DNA from: Minisyncoccota bacterium
GTDB lineage: Bacteria > Patescibacteriota > Minisyncoccia > Phycocordibacterales > Phycocordibacteraceae
Assembly (NCBI GenBank): GCA_035627595.1
Contig: DASPLK010000001.1
Span: 5,619-69,618 of the forward strand
Direction: 5' to 3'
DNA length: 64,000 nt
Below, piece by piece: positions 1 through 9,610 of the stretch; position 1 is the stretch's first letter; each line of letters starts with the position of its first letter. The notes beneath the pieces were generated by a model. The model made no database searches. It was not told the origin of the DNA and saw only the letters and a program-made list of their open reading frames with translations. Position numbers and translations under genes: made by a program.

Positions 1-895
1 AGAGTTGTTGAACGACGCTGCCAGGCGTGATGAATAGTAATGAGCCTATGAGACAGGCAGTGGCCGCTCCACCTGCCATGAGATATTTGGCACCTTTACG
101 TATTTGTATATTCGATAGTTTTGACGCTGCCCACCAGCCAAGTAGAAATAGAATGGTTGCGATTAGGACCGTGCCCGATGCACGTGTAAGTCCAAGCATC
201 TGACTTGGATTAACAATGACAGTTGAGAGCTCTATTCTTCCCAGCACGAGCGGAATGATATTTAGAAGTACGGGCGACAGAACGATCGCTCCAAGACTGC
301 TTCCAAGCAAGATCCTCCACTTCTTCCCTTCCGTCTTCATGTATTCAATGAGGCCAAGCAGTAACGCGAGCATGAGATACATACCTGCGTAGGTCGCATT
401 ACCAAACAGAGGATCGCTCTTAGCTAGATCCAGCCAGAGCAGCGGTCCTTGGTATCCAAGCCCTGCTGTACCTATGATCGTAAGAAGTGCGCCTGCACCG
501 GCACCCAGCGCAATGCCCTTTCGGATCATTCCCCATTCACGTATATGCAACATAGTCCCGAGGACCAGAGACCAAGCGATCATGTGAAGCAAAAAGTACA
601 CTCCGACGAGGCGCTCAGTATCTCCCCAGAACGAGTGTGATGCTGAGACGCCTGCAAACATTGAGATAAGTAGCGAGACGGTTAGTAATGCTACTGAGAT
701 CAAAATAGGACGTCTTGCAGAAATTGTCCTCCCTACTCTCACCATATGCCAGGCATACAAGAGTAGTAGCGTATCCACTACAGCAATCAAAAGAAAGTAC
801 TTACCACTGACGCTATTAGGGAGTGCGAACCATGGCAGAAATGGAAGAACACAAAAGGTGGCAGCTGTAAGGAGAGTTACCAATTGATGTCTCAT
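1..895 (-). CDS. Polytopic integral membrane protein; 5' start at 895 (ATG), the gene runs off the window edge
   Basis: Open frame on the minus strand from ATG (revcomp of 893-895) to position 1 with no stop. Translation (MRHQLVTLLTAATFCVLPFLPWFALPNS...YAWHMVRVG...) is dominated by hydrophobic helices. It is not in the ORF track because it runs off the edge. Confidence 0.4.
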   Translation of the reverse strand, partial: MRHQLVTLLTAATFCVLPFLPWFALPNSVSGKYFLLIAVVDTLLLLYAWHMVRVGRTISARRPILISVALLTVSLLISMFAGVSASHSFWGDTERLVGVYFLLHMIAWSLVLGTMLHIREWGMIRKGIALGAGAGALLTIIGTAGLGYQGPLLWLDLAKSDPLFGNATYAGMYLMLALLLGLIEYMKTEGKKWRILLGSSLGAIVLSPVLLNIIPLVLGRIELSTVIVNPSQMLGLTRASGTVLIATILFLLGWWAASKLSNIQIRKGAKYLMAGGAATACLIGSLLFITPGSVVQQL

Positions 896-920
896 GAGGT
901 AATAGTACACCGTATACAAA

Positions 921-953
921 AGCAAAAGACCACCCGAAGGTGGTCTTTTGCTT
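921..953 (-). terminator. Rho-independent terminator hairpin (aaaagaccacccgaaggtggtctttt) downstream of the 994..2916 gene
   Basis: Perfect GC-rich inverted repeat flanked by A and T runs, readable on both strands. Confidence 0.5.
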
Positions 954-993
954 TGACTAGATCAGGTTACCTGATACCAGCCCCCTAAGTTAA

Positions 994-2916
994 TTAGGAG
1001 TTGGTGTCGAGGTAGATGCTGTCAGTCTTGAAGTCGTCAAGGTTGAAGTCGTACGTTAGGTTACCCGTTACATCCGAGAGGGCGTAGCGGATATCGCCGA
1101 CTGCTACCGAGAAGAATCCATCGGTCGTTGCCGTGATGTTCGCGGTGATGGTGAAGCGCTCAGTGTCACCCTCCTCAACGAGGAAGCGTGCATCTGCGTT
1201 CTGGGTACCCGAGAGGGTTGCGCCAGTTGGCGATGTAATGACAGCTGAGAGAGTACCTGAACCACTTACCTCAAGATCAGACTCGGTCGTACCAGATGCA
1301 TCCGGTGCGGTGCCGTCAACGTATACATCCGAATCGAATGCAGTTACGTCGAAGGTGATCTCGAAGGTTCCACGGTCTGCGCCAGTCTCAGGGGAGGTAA
1401 CATCCTCCTCTGCAGAGACGAACTCAACCATGATGCCGCTCTGGTAGAGGCCGTGTGCCTCACCGTCTGCGTCACCGGTGATGTCGCCGTTAGCGAGATC
1501 CTCACCAGACTCATCCTCAATATCAGCAGCCTCAAGCTGTGCCTCAGACATGCTGACTACGAGAGTAGAACCATTGGTGATGTCCTCAAGGAGGTCAACC
1601 TCAATGGTGAAGTCGTAGGTGTCCTCACCGTCAAGTACGAGCTCAAGATCATCGAAGGTGATGTTCTCGGTGGTACCTGCGCCATCTGCAACGTTCTCAG
1701 AGGCAACCTCCTCACCGTCCTGCATGAGGCGGATTTCGGAGATCATGTCCTCGAGGTCATCCGTCGTAGAAGTTGCAGTGAAGGTAAGGTCGTCAATCGT
1801 AACCTCAGAATCACCCTCGAGCTCGAGAGAGAAGGCAAGAACCTCCACACCCTCGGTCTCATCGGAGTCATCGGTGTCGATCACACGTGCATCGTTGATG
1901 TCATCTGCATCATCCGTGAGCGCGAGCTCAAGGCTGATGTCAGCAGCAGCAGCGAAGGTCGTGAAGTCGAACTGACGAGCAGCCTCAGTGATGGTCTCGG
2001 TGATGGTTGCGCCATCCGCATCGCGGAAGCGAACCTCATCGAAGTCCACGGACCAAGTTGCATCGATGTCAGCAGAGTCGAGGTTAGAAACACCCGAAAC
2101 TGCAACTACGAGCTCACCAGCCTCACCTGCGCGGATGATTGCACCGCCATCAAGGGAAACAGTCTTCTCGTAATCATTGTCCTCGTTGAAGTCATCTGCA
2201 TCAACGCGAGCAACCTCCTCACCATCAAGCATGATGGAGATCTCGGTAGCTACGTCCTCGAGGTCATCGCTAGTTGCGGCACCGTCTACGTTTGCGAAGA
2301 CGAGGCGAACTGCAGTGAGTTCGATGTCAGAACCATCGTCAACCTCGATCTCGAGGCCAGCGACCTCAACATCCTCCTCGTCCTCACCGACGTCCTCGCC
2401 GTTGAAGTCAGAAAGAAGATCGGTTGCTTCGATAGCACCTGCACCGCCCTCGAGGTCACCCGAGTCGTTGTCAGAATCATCGTCGTCGCCACCGGTAGAA
2501 CCGGTGCCGAGCTCTGCGTTAACCGCAGCGCGGGTCATCGGGCCGAAGTAGCCAGCTGCCGGGGTAATACCCTTGGAAGTCTGGTACGCAGCGACTGCAG
2601 CTGCAGTCTGTGCACCGAAGTAACCGGTTGCACCAGCAGCGATCGTGTGACCCTTGCTGATGAGCCAGTTCTGAAGGCGAGTAACCTCTGCGCCAGAAGC
2701 GCCGAGGGTCATGTCGGTCGTGAAGGCAGCACCAGTGGAGGTTGAAGAACCACCCTGGAGAGCCTGGAGCTGTGCGAGAAGAGCAGCAACCTGTGCCTCA
2801 AGCTCGGCGGTCGTAGCTGCCTTTGCAGGAACTGCAACGGCGAACGACGAGAAGACGAGCGCGAGACCAGCAACTACTGCTGCAGACTTCGCTACAACGT
2901 TGTTTGCAATAGTCAT
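994..2916 (-). CDS. Secreted hyper-acidic protein with signal peptide and a peptidoglycan-binding (PG_binding_1-like) domain
   Basis: N-terminal signal peptide MTIANNVVAKSAAVVAGLALVFSSFAVAVPAKA. A coiled segment is followed by the PG_binding_1-like motif LGASGAEVTRLQNWLISKGH...GYFGAQTAAAVAAYQTSKGITPAAGYFGPMTRAAV. Then comes ~440 aa that are extremely rich in D, E and T. Confidence 0.6.
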   Translation of the reverse strand: MTIANNVVAKSAAVVAGLALVFSSFAVAVPAKAATTAELEAQVAALLAQLQALQGGSSTSTGAAFTTDMTLGASGAEVTRLQNWLISKGHTIAAGATGYFGAQTAAAVAAYQTSKGITPAAGYFGPMTRAAVNAELGTGSTGGDDDDSDNDSGDLEGGAGAIEATDLLSDFNGEDVGEDEEDVEVAGLEIEVDDGSDIELTAVRLVFANVDGAATSDDLEDVATEISIMLDGEEVARVDADDFNEDNDYEKTVSLDGGAIIRAGEAGELVVAVSGVSNLDSADIDATWSVDFDEVRFRDADGATITETITEAARQFDFTTFAAAADISLELALTDDADDINDARVIDTDDSDETEGVEVLAFSLELEGDSEVTIDDLTFTATSTTDDLEDMISEIRLMQDGEEVASENVADGAGTTENITFDDLELVLDGEDTYDFTIEVDLLEDITNGSTLVVSMSEAQLEAADIEDESGEDLANGDITGDADGEAHGLYQSGIMVEFVSAEEDVTSPETGADRGTFEITFDVTAFDSDVYVDGTAPDASGTTESDLEVSGSGTLSAVITSPTGATLSGTQNADARFLVEEGDTERFTITANITATTDGFFSVAVGDIRYALSDVTGNLTYDFNLDDFKTDSIYLDTNS

Positions 2917-3454
2917 AAACTGATTTGTTTTTAAGTAATCATCGAAACGCCACGATGCGATTATTTCTAATGGAGCATCGCAACGCTCGTTTCAATCTTT
3001 GTAATGCAGAGTTTCCTCTGCGACTTTCCAACCAGTTTTCACACTATCCGACGAGGCGAAGTATCGACCTGCGCCCCATCGGCTAGTTGGCAAATGTTCA
3101 GAATTCGTACTGAGTCCATCCGTAATCTTTCCTGTGCTTCCGTACTGGTCGTGTCTCCGGATATGGAGACGGACAAGCGAACGGTTTATGAACCGTTCAT
3201 GTTTAAGGACCCTTTCGGGCCTATGCGCTTGTCAAAGTACAGTTCGCCGCATGGCGAATCCCCATCTATCCGCACAAGACTAAGTATACAGAGTCTTTGG
3301 GCAGTTATATGGGAAAAGGAATGTGGATAACACGTACAAGGGAAGCACAAAAAGACCGTTCCCGGTCTGTAGTACTCCCCTCTTTCTACATTGCTACCAC
3401 ACAGGAAGAATAGGTCGAAAATGAAGAAAAGTCAATTGCTGAGCTTGCCAACTA

Positions 3455-4300
3455 CTAGGAGCCCGCAAGAGCGTAGGTGGTCCACCGGCGTTCACCGGTA
3501 CGGGTCACGACCCCTTCTGAAACGAGCGTCTGGAGCTCACGCTGAATGGTCTTCTCGCTTACGTCGCGAATGGCAGTAGAGATATCCTTTATATAGGAAG
3601 GGCCCTTTGCACGGAGCGTCGAAAGTATCGCTTCCTTGCGATCATTGCGCCTCGGTTCCCGAGAAACCTCAGGTTTCTGTTCGTTGTCCTTTATCTGTCC
3701 TTTAACATGTCCTTTAGAGACAGGGGTAGGTATTGGGCGTGGCGTATCGGTGTCAGTCATGTAGGACGTACGCGACGTACTCATGGACGGACTTGCTGCG
3801 CGCGCCAGCTCCGCGAGCGACACGCTCTCGGGGAGAGACACGCGCGGCTCTTCATACCCGGCAACCTCCTCAAGGAGAAGATGTGCTTCCCTGCCGATTA
3901 GGTCAGCATTCATCGGAGAGAGGACCCCGCTTGAGCGAGCGATCGAGAGGACACTCGAGAGGGCGAGGAGCTCGCGAGAGAGTGCATCCTTGGCAGATGC
4001 CGGAGGGAGAATTGCCGCGTCAACAAGCGCGACCGAGACACGATTCACACGGTCGTAAAGCGAGGGTGAATGACGGAACGCGGGGGTGATTAAATGAATC
4101 GCTTTTGCGAGACGCTCCGCCTTCTTATAGATATACACGCGCTTTATGTCCTTTTCGAATACATTGGAGAATATTGTTTTTTCTAGGACGAAACTATCAA
4201 ATCCGGACGCGTTACTTTGCATCTTTACCGTGCGGTTGTCTTTGATGTGTCCTTTATCGGTCATGGGTATTTTGTCCTTGTCCTTGAACGTTAAAGACAA
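3455..4300 (-). CDS. Putative DNA-binding protein with C-terminal winged-helix HTH; the true start is likely internal
   Basis: C-terminal ILSTLRAKGPSYIKDISTAIRDVSEKTIQRELQTLVSEGVVTRTGERRWTTYALA resembles DeoR/HTH_11-type wHTH. The N-terminal part has no recognised domain. Confidence 0.4.
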   Translation of the reverse strand: MSLTFKDKDKIPMTDKGHIKDNRTVKMQSNASGFDSFVLEKTIFSNVFEKDIKRVYIYKKAERLAKAIHLITPAFRHSPSLYDRVNRVSVALVDAAILPPASAKDALSRELLALSSVLSIARSSGVLSPMNADLIGREAHLLLEEVAGYEEPRVSLPESVSLAELARAASPSMSTSRTSYMTDTDTPRPIPTPVSKGHVKGQIKDNEQKPEVSREPRRNDRKEAILSTLRAKGPSYIKDISTAIRDVSEKTIQRELQTLVSEGVVTRTGERRWTTYALAGS

Positions 4301-4388
4301 TTATACCCCCGTGTGTCCTTTTGGGAAGACTTCATTAAGACGAGCCGCTTTGTCGCGTTCTTACGTAGCTTTTGCAGGTACTGCGTGG

Positions 4389-4397
4389 TGCTAGAAT
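4389..4397 (+). promoter_or_regulatory. Extended -10 element TGcTAGAAT 8 nt upstream of the ftsK ATG, implying a leaderless transcript
   Basis: tgctagaat at 4389-4397 and ATG at 4406. The same TGCTAGAAT nonamer recurs upstream of ruvB. Confidence 0.3.
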
Positions 4398-4405
4398 GTA
4401 TATAA

Positions 4406-6565
4406 ATGGCGCGTAAAAGAAGGCGTAAGAGCGAAGGCGGATATAAAGCTGTGGCCCGATGGACCATGGCAGTTTTCCTTATCGTGTTCGGCCTTGTGCT
4501 CGGACTTGGCGCCTTCAACATGGCAGGTATTGTGGGCCACGCAGTCTTCCAGGGCGTCTATGGCATCGTTGGAATTGGTGCGCTCGTCCTTCCCTTCCTC
4601 ATCGTTGCGCTCGGCGCTTCGGTCCTACTTAAGAGGACTTTGGTAACTCCGCTGACGAGCGTCGGCATCTTTGTCATCCTCGCCGCAGCACTCTCTTTGA
4701 TCGGCATCTTCTCTGCCACTCTGGGAGGAGCAACTGGCGCGTTTGCCGGACAGGCGGCTGTCGAGTTCTTCGGTCCATTCGTTGCCCCCTTAATCTTGCT
4801 CGGACTCGTCGGAGTTGGTCTTGCCATCTCGACTGATATCGTCGCGATTGCCGAAGCGGTAGGTACGCACCTCGGCAAGGCTGGCAGCGCAATGGGCGCA
4901 GTGAAGCTCCCTGCCCTTCCTAGAAAGAAGGAGGAGGATCTCGAAGAGGAGGGGGAATCAGAGGAGGCCGATGAGGAGGAAGAGCCGGTATCCAAAGTGA
5001 TTGATGAGGACCGCGAACCGACCGTAACCATGTTCAATGACGCGCGCCCACAAACCGGCGAAGTCGCTATCCCGAACTTCGATGCCGAGTACAAAGCACC
5101 TCCTCTCTCTATCCTCGGCGAGGACAGGGGCAAGCCTGGCGTCGGTGATATCAAGGCGAACGCCAACATCATCAAGCGCACTTTCCAGAACTTCGGCATC
5201 CCTGTCGAGATGGACGAGGTCTCGGTGGGTCCTACCGTCACCCGCTACGCCATGAAGCCAGCCGAGGGCGTCCGCCTCTCCAAAATCCTTTCCCTACAGA
5301 ACAACCTTGAGCTCGCGCTAGCTGCGCACCCGGTCCGTATTGAAGCTCCTATTCCGGGCAAGTCTTTGGTAGGTATCGAGGTTCCAAACTCAGCGAAAGC
5401 AACGGTGGGTCTTGGAGGGGTCATGAGCGCGCCTGAATGGTCAGCAAGCCAGAAGCCGCTATTGTCTGCCCTTGGCCGCGATATCACTGGCACGCCGCAC
5501 TACGTGAACATTGCGAAGATGCCGCATGGTCTTATCGCCGGCGCTACCGGCTCGGGTAAGTCAGTTGCCATCCATGCAGTCATCACTTCCCTCCTATATA
5601 GGAATGGACCGAACCAGATGCGCTTTATTATGATCGATCCAAAGCGCGTCGAGCTCACTCTCTACAACGGCATCCCCCATCTTCTGACCCCGGTCATTAC
5701 TGATCCGAAGAAAGCCATTATGTCTTTGAAGTGGGCAGCTAAGGAGATGGATCGCCGCTACAACATTCTTGAGGGCGAGCAGGTCCGCGACATCGAGAGC
5801 TACCACAAGACTGTATTCGAGCCCGCAAAGAAAAAGGGTGGCGACGACCTTCCCGAGGCGATGCCATACATCGTTATCGTTATCGATGAGTTGGCCGATA
5901 TCATGCAGACCTATCCTCGAGAGCTTGAGGCAGCAATCGTTCGCCTCGCGCAGATGTCTCGTGCAGTTGGTATACACCTCGTCCTTTCTACCCAGCGTCC
6001 GTCAGTTAATGTCATCACCGGCCTCATCAAGGCAAACGTGCCTACCCGTATGGCGCTCCAAGTCGCTTCCCAGATAGACTCGCGCACCATCCTTGACGCA
6101 GGAGGCGCAGAAATGCTCCTTGGCGCCGGCGATATGCTCTACCTTTCCGCAGATATGCAGAAGCCGGTCCGCATCCAGACTGCCTACATCGCAGAGGCCG
6201 AAGTGAAAAAGGTTGTTTCCTACATCAAGCAGCACAACGCGGGTACGCTCGGCTCTCTTGATCTTGGCGGAGGCGATGGTGTACAGGTCGCCCCCAATGA
6301 TGCGGTCATGATGTCTCTTGCGGACGACGACGTGGACGACGACCTCTACACAGAGGCCAAGGCGGCTGTAGAAGAGGCAGGACGTGCCTCTACCTCCTAT
6401 CTCCAGCGCAAGCTCCGCATTGGCTACTCACGTGCTGCGCGCCTCATGGATCTCCTTGAGGAGAAGGGTGTAATTGGTCCGGCTGATGGCTCCCGACCAC
6501 GTGACGTCCTCTCTCGTTCAGGCAGCGTGCCCGCTGAGGACGCCGAGGAGCCTCGGGATTTCTAA
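4406..6565 (+). CDS. ftsK: DNA translocase FtsK/SpoIIIE
   Basis: N-terminal multi-TM domain and an acidic linker. Walker A is GATGSGKSVAIH and Walker B is IVIVIDELADIM. C-terminal gamma winged helix is SYLQRKLRIGYSRAARLMDLLEEKGVIGP. Confidence 0.9.
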   Translation: MARKRRRKSEGGYKAVARWTMAVFLIVFGLVLGLGAFNMAGIVGHAVFQGVYGIVGIGALVLPFLIVALGASVLLKRTLVTPLTSVGIFVILAAALSLIGIFSATLGGATGAFAGQAAVEFFGPFVAPLILLGLVGVGLAISTDIVAIAEAVGTHLGKAGSAMGAVKLPALPRKKEEDLEEEGESEEADEEEEPVSKVIDEDREPTVTMFNDARPQTGEVAIPNFDAEYKAPPLSILGEDRGKPGVGDIKANANIIKRTFQNFGIPVEMDEVSVGPTVTRYAMKPAEGVRLSKILSLQNNLELALAAHPVRIEAPIPGKSLVGIEVPNSAKATVGLGGVMSAPEWSASQKPLLSALGRDITGTPHYVNIAKMPHGLIAGATGSGKSVAIHAVITSLLYRNGPNQMRFIMIDPKRVELTLYNGIPHLLTPVITDPKKAIMSLKWAAKEMDRRYNILEGEQVRDIESYHKTVFEPAKKKGGDDLPEAMPYIVIVIDELADIMQTYPRELEAAIVRLAQMSRAVGIHLVLSTQRPSVNVITGLIKANVPTRMALQVASQIDSRTILDAGGAEMLLGAGDMLYLSADMQKPVRIQTAYIAEAEVKKVVSYIKQHNAGTLGSLDLGGGDGVQVAPNDAVMMSLADDDVDDDLYTEAKAAVEEAGRASTSYLQRKLRIGYSRAARLMDLLEEKGVIGPADGSRPRDVLSRSGSVPAEDAEEPRDF

Positions 6566-6568
6566 TCT

Positions 6569-6892
6569 ATGTTCCGCACCCTAGCCGCCGTCACCCTCAC
6601 ACTTCTTGCCGGCTACGGAGTCGTAAAGGCCGTTCCCCTTCTCATTGGTCCGGAGATACGGATAGATGCTCCCCTTGCCCATCAAAGTATCCCTGATGGG
6701 TTCATCACTATCTCAGGAACCGCCGTTCATACTCAGGAGTTGACGCTCAACGGAGCGCCGTTCCTAATTGATGAAAAAGGACGATTCCAGACTACTCTCT
6801 TGCTTCCCCAGGGAGGCGCTATACTTACCCTAATGGCAACGGATCGGTTCGGGAGACACGTAAGTGTCGAACGGAGCGTATACGTGCCCTAA
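6569..6892 (+). CDS. Hypothetical small secreted or membrane-anchored protein
   Basis: 107-aa ORF starting 4 nt after the ftsK stop, with a hydrophobic N-terminus (MFRTLAAVTLTLLAGYGVVKA). No recognised motif. Confidence 0.35.
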   Translation: MFRTLAAVTLTLLAGYGVVKAVPLLIGPEIRIDAPLAHQSIPDGFITISGTAVHTQELTLNGAPFLIDEKGRFQTTLLLPQGGAILTLMATDRFGRHVSVERSVYVP

Positions 6893-6904
6893 TCCATATA
6901 GCCT

Positions 6905-7969
6905 ATGCCTGCAAAGAAAACCGCTGCTAAGAAGACCCCGAAGAAAATCTCCCCTTCCCCTGAAGAGCTGGAGGCTAGCGGCGGCGACGCCAAAGCGAAG
7001 TCTATAGAGCTCGCTATCAAGGAGATCAAGACCAAGTTCGGCGACGAAGCCATCATGACGTTTGGCGCTGGTAAGCCTGCTGCCATCCCGGCTATTTCAA
7101 CCGGCTCCATCGGACTTGATGCGGCGCTTGGTGTAGGCGGCCTTCCCCGCGGACGTATCATCGAGATATTCGGTCCAGAATCATCTGGAAAGACTACGCT
7201 CGCCCTCCACGCGATCGCTGAAGCGCAGAAGAATGGTGGTGTTTGTGCGTTCGTCGACGCGGAGCACGCACTTGACCCTGAATACGCTCGCAAGATCGGC
7301 GTAAAGCTCCAGGAGCTCCTCATCTCCCAGCCGGACACCGGCGAACAGGCACTCGAAATTGTCGAGTCACTCGTACGCGCTAACTCCGTGGACATCATTG
7401 TGGTGGACTCAGTGGCCGCACTCACCCCAAAGGATGAGATCGAGGGTGATATGGGTGCGCACCACGTGGGCAAGCAGGCACGCCTCATGTCCCAAGCGCT
7501 CAGAAAGTTGACCGCTATTACAGCAAAGTCCAACACCATTGTCATTTTCATCAACCAGATCCGTATGCAGATCGGCGTCATGTTCGGCAACCCGGAGACA
7601 ACACCCGGCGGTAAGGCACTTAAGTTCTATACTTCCGTCCGTCTTGATATCCGCCGTATCGCGCAAATCAAAAAGGGCGAAGAGGTTGTGGGCGGCCGCG
7701 TACGCGTGAAGGTTGTCAAGAACAAGGTCGCTGCCCCGTTTAAGACGACTGAGTTCGACCTACTCTATAACGAAGGCATTAGCCGTGAGGGCGAACTTAT
7801 CGCACTCGGTGAGAAGTTCGATATCGTCGAGAAGTCGGGCTCGAGCTACTCTTTCGGCGAGGTGAAAATGGGACGCGGGTATGATGCGACACGCACCTTC
7901 CTAAGGGAGAACAAGCCAATTGCGAACGAGATCCTTAAGAAGATCCGCGAGCGCCTTGCGGCAGAATAA
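6905..7969 (+). CDS. recA: Recombinase RecA
   Basis: [21 protein letters not shown]-loop, and [18 protein letters not shown] and [13 protein letters not shown] blocks typical of RecA. Length 354 aa with a Lys-rich N-terminal extension. Confidence 0.95.
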   Translation: MPAKKTAAKKTPKKISPSPEELEASGGDAKAKSIELAIKEIKTKFGDEAIMTFGAGKPAAIPAISTGSIGLDAALGVGGLPRGRIIEIFGPESSGKTTLALHAIAEAQKNGGVCAFVDAEHALDPEYARKIGVKLQELLISQPDTGEQALEIVESLVRANSVDIIVVDSVAALTPKDEIEGDMGAHHVGKQARLMSQALRKLTAITAKSNTIVIFINQIRMQIGVMFGNPETTPGGKALKFYTSVRLDIRRIAQIKKGEEVVGGRVRVKVVKNKVAAPFKTTEFDLLYNEGISREGELIALGEKFDIVEKSGSSYSFGEVKMGRGYDATRTFLRENKPIANEILKKIRERLAAE

Positions 7970-7975
7970 GACACC

Positions 7976-8004
7976 AAAAGACCCGCCATGTGGCGGGTCT
8001 TTTG
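7976..8004. terminator. Bidirectional terminator hairpin (aaaagacccgccatgtggcgggtctttt) between recA and the convergent anti-sigma gene
   Basis: Inverted repeat with A-run and T-run flanks. Confidence 0.5.
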
Positions 8005-8337
8005 CTAGGACAGCTGCATTCGTTGATTTCCAGCCATAAGGCGAATGATATCCCGCAGCATCCAGAGTGCTGCTGTGCATACGACCAACGTGAGCACCTG
8101 CACCAGAAGTTCGGTATGAAGAAACGCCGAGAGGAAGAACCTGAGTACCGCAGACACATCCCCCACCGCCGGCATATTGCGGAATATTTGTGCGACAAAT
8201 ACGAACCTCCCTATTGCGTAGAGGGAGATGCCCAGAAGGACCACCGCAAGTGCTATTCCACTCGTATACGGCCGTACCGTATGTATCGTATGCACCCTAC
8301 GCATGACGTTTTGTTTAATCTTGCTTTCCATATTCAA
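8005..8337 (-). CDS. Putative membrane anti-sigma factor, overlapping and co-transcribed with the ECF sigma gene
   Basis: 110-aa ORF overlapping the upstream sigma gene by 23 nt. One or two TM helices (GIALAVVLLGISLYAIGRFVFVAQIF). The call is from position only. Confidence 0.4.
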   Translation of the reverse strand: MNMESKIKQNVMRRVHTIHTVRPYTSGIALAVVLLGISLYAIGRFVFVAQIFRNMPAVGDVSAVLRFFLSAFLHTELLVQVLTLVVCTAALWMLRDIIRLMAGNQRMQLS

Positions 8338-8914
8338 GTGAGTCTTTAAATTGCTTCTTGGCCCTGTGTACTCTGGTCTTCACCGCAGACACCGTACTTC
8401 CCTCTATCTGTGCTATCTCCTCTTGGCTCTTCCCTTCAAAGAACTGAAGTCGGAGAACACGGGCGGCTGCCTCTGGGAGGCGCGCAAGTGCGGACAAGAC
8501 CTCGTCGCGCACGGTCATGTCTTCAAGGAAGCTCTCAGTATCGGGGAGCCGCTCGAATGCCTCCGGCTCCATCTGAAGTGTCCTTCCCCGCTCCTTCTTT
8601 CGCTTCTGGTACCGGGTGAACGCAAGCCGGGTCAGGATGAGATAGCTCCATGAGCTGAATGAGGCACCCTCCTGAGGGCTGTAGCGGTCGGCGTAGAGGT
8701 ATACGCGAGTGAAGGTATCCTGCACGATCTCTTCGGCATCCTCACGGCTATAGAGGATAGACTGGGCTTTTCGGAGAAACGCATCTTCATATCGGTCAAC
8801 CAGGACCCCGAACGCCTCCGGATTTGAACGCGAAATCATGAGCACCTCCGCGTCAGGCATCTGGTCCCAGGCGCCCGGCTCTCGGTTGGCCTTCCGCATA
8901 TTGTCTTGTATCAT
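8315..8914 (-). CDS. ECF-type sigma-70 family RNA polymerase sigma factor
   Basis: Region 2 FGVLVDRYEDAFLRKAQSILYSREDAEEIVQDTFTRVY. Region 4 HTH SQEEIAQIEGSTVSAVKTRVHRAKKQF. Confidence 0.8.
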   Translation of the reverse strand: MIQDNMRKANREPGAWDQMPDAEVLMISRSNPEAFGVLVDRYEDAFLRKAQSILYSREDAEEIVQDTFTRVYLYADRYSPQEGASFSSWSYLILTRLAFTRYQKRKKERGRTLQMEPEAFERLPDTESFLEDMTVRDEVLSALARLPEAAARVLRLQFFEGKSQEEIAQIEGSTVSAVKTRVHRAKKQFKDSLEYGKQD

Positions 8915-8972
8915 ACCGTCTGCACGTGGCCGGGCAATCTCTATAACCGCTTGGCCTCCCTTTTAGTTACCT

Positions 8973-9548
8973 ATGGCTATCCTTTCCTATAACGAAATCG
9001 TCCAGAAGACCGTCATCGACTACAACGGCGAGCCGTACGAAGTCCTCTCATCGCATGTCTTCCGCATGCAGCAGCGTAAGCCTGTGAATCAAACCAAGCT
9101 CCGTAACCTTGTCTCCGGTAAAGTTATTGAGATCTCTTTTCACCAAAGCGAGTCCGTTCCGGAAGCGGATATCTCTCGCATGAACGCGAACTACCTCTAC
9201 ACGAACCGCGGCGAGTCCTGGTTCGCAGAGGAAGGTAATGCGAAGAACCGCTTCGCGTTTCCTGAGGATGCGATCGCGGACAAGGTGAAGTGGCTCAAGC
9301 AGAATGCAACAGTCGAAATACTCCTCTTTAAGGACAATCCCATCACCGTTCGTATCCCGGTTAAGGTGGACCTCGCCGTAAAGGAGGCGCCGCCAGCAGT
9401 TAGAGGCGATACCGCGACTGGTGGCGATAAGAAGGTGGTCATGGAGACCGGCGCCGTGGTCTCTACTCCCCTCTTTATTAATGTAGGCGACATCCTCAAG
9501 ATCAATACCGACACCGGCGAGTACGTTGAGCGCGTCGAGAAAGCATAA
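8973..9548 (+). CDS. efp: Elongation factor P
   Basis: 191 aa with the KOW-like N-terminus (IDYNGEPYEVLSSHVFRMQQRKPVNQTKLRNLVSGKV) and an OB-domain C-terminus typical of EF-P. Confidence 0.9.
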   Translation: MAILSYNEIVQKTVIDYNGEPYEVLSSHVFRMQQRKPVNQTKLRNLVSGKVIEISFHQSESVPEADISRMNANYLYTNRGESWFAEEGNAKNRFAFPEDAIADKVKWLKQNATVEILLFKDNPITVRIPVKVDLAVKEAPPAVRGDTATGGDKKVVMETGAVVSTPLFINVGDILKINTDTGEYVERVEKA

Positions 9549-9564
9549 TCCTTCTCTAATGAAA

Positions 9565-9610
9565 GAAGCCCCATCCTTACGGACGGGGCTTCGCGCGTTA
9601 TGCGCTTTTT
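9565..9610 (+). terminator. Tandem hairpins after efp (gaagccccatccttacggacggggcttc, then gcgcgttatgcgc+TTTTT)
   Basis: The second hairpin is followed by a T5 run. Confidence 0.45.

Noticed and set aside
1453-2745. 430-aa plus-strand ORF, Cys/Arg/Val-rich
   Set aside because: It is entirely antisense to the well-supported acidic secreted-protein gene. The odd composition is the mirror of the D/E/T codon bias, and there is no independent signal.
3000-3450. Possible tmRNA or RNase P RNA in the long intergenic gap
   Set aside because: I looked for GGGG...GGAUUCGAC with a UCCACCA 3' end (tmRNA) and for GGAAAGUCCGG / ACAGAAACCCGGCUUA (RNase P) on both strands. Only weak partial matches were found (GGGGCGCAGGTCGATAC on the minus strand, which would run into the adjacent CDS). 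It is not callable.
6889-7590. 233-aa minus-strand ORF overlapping recA
   Set aside because: It is antisense to recA, which has unmistakable motifs. It has a low-complexity Ser/Ala composition.
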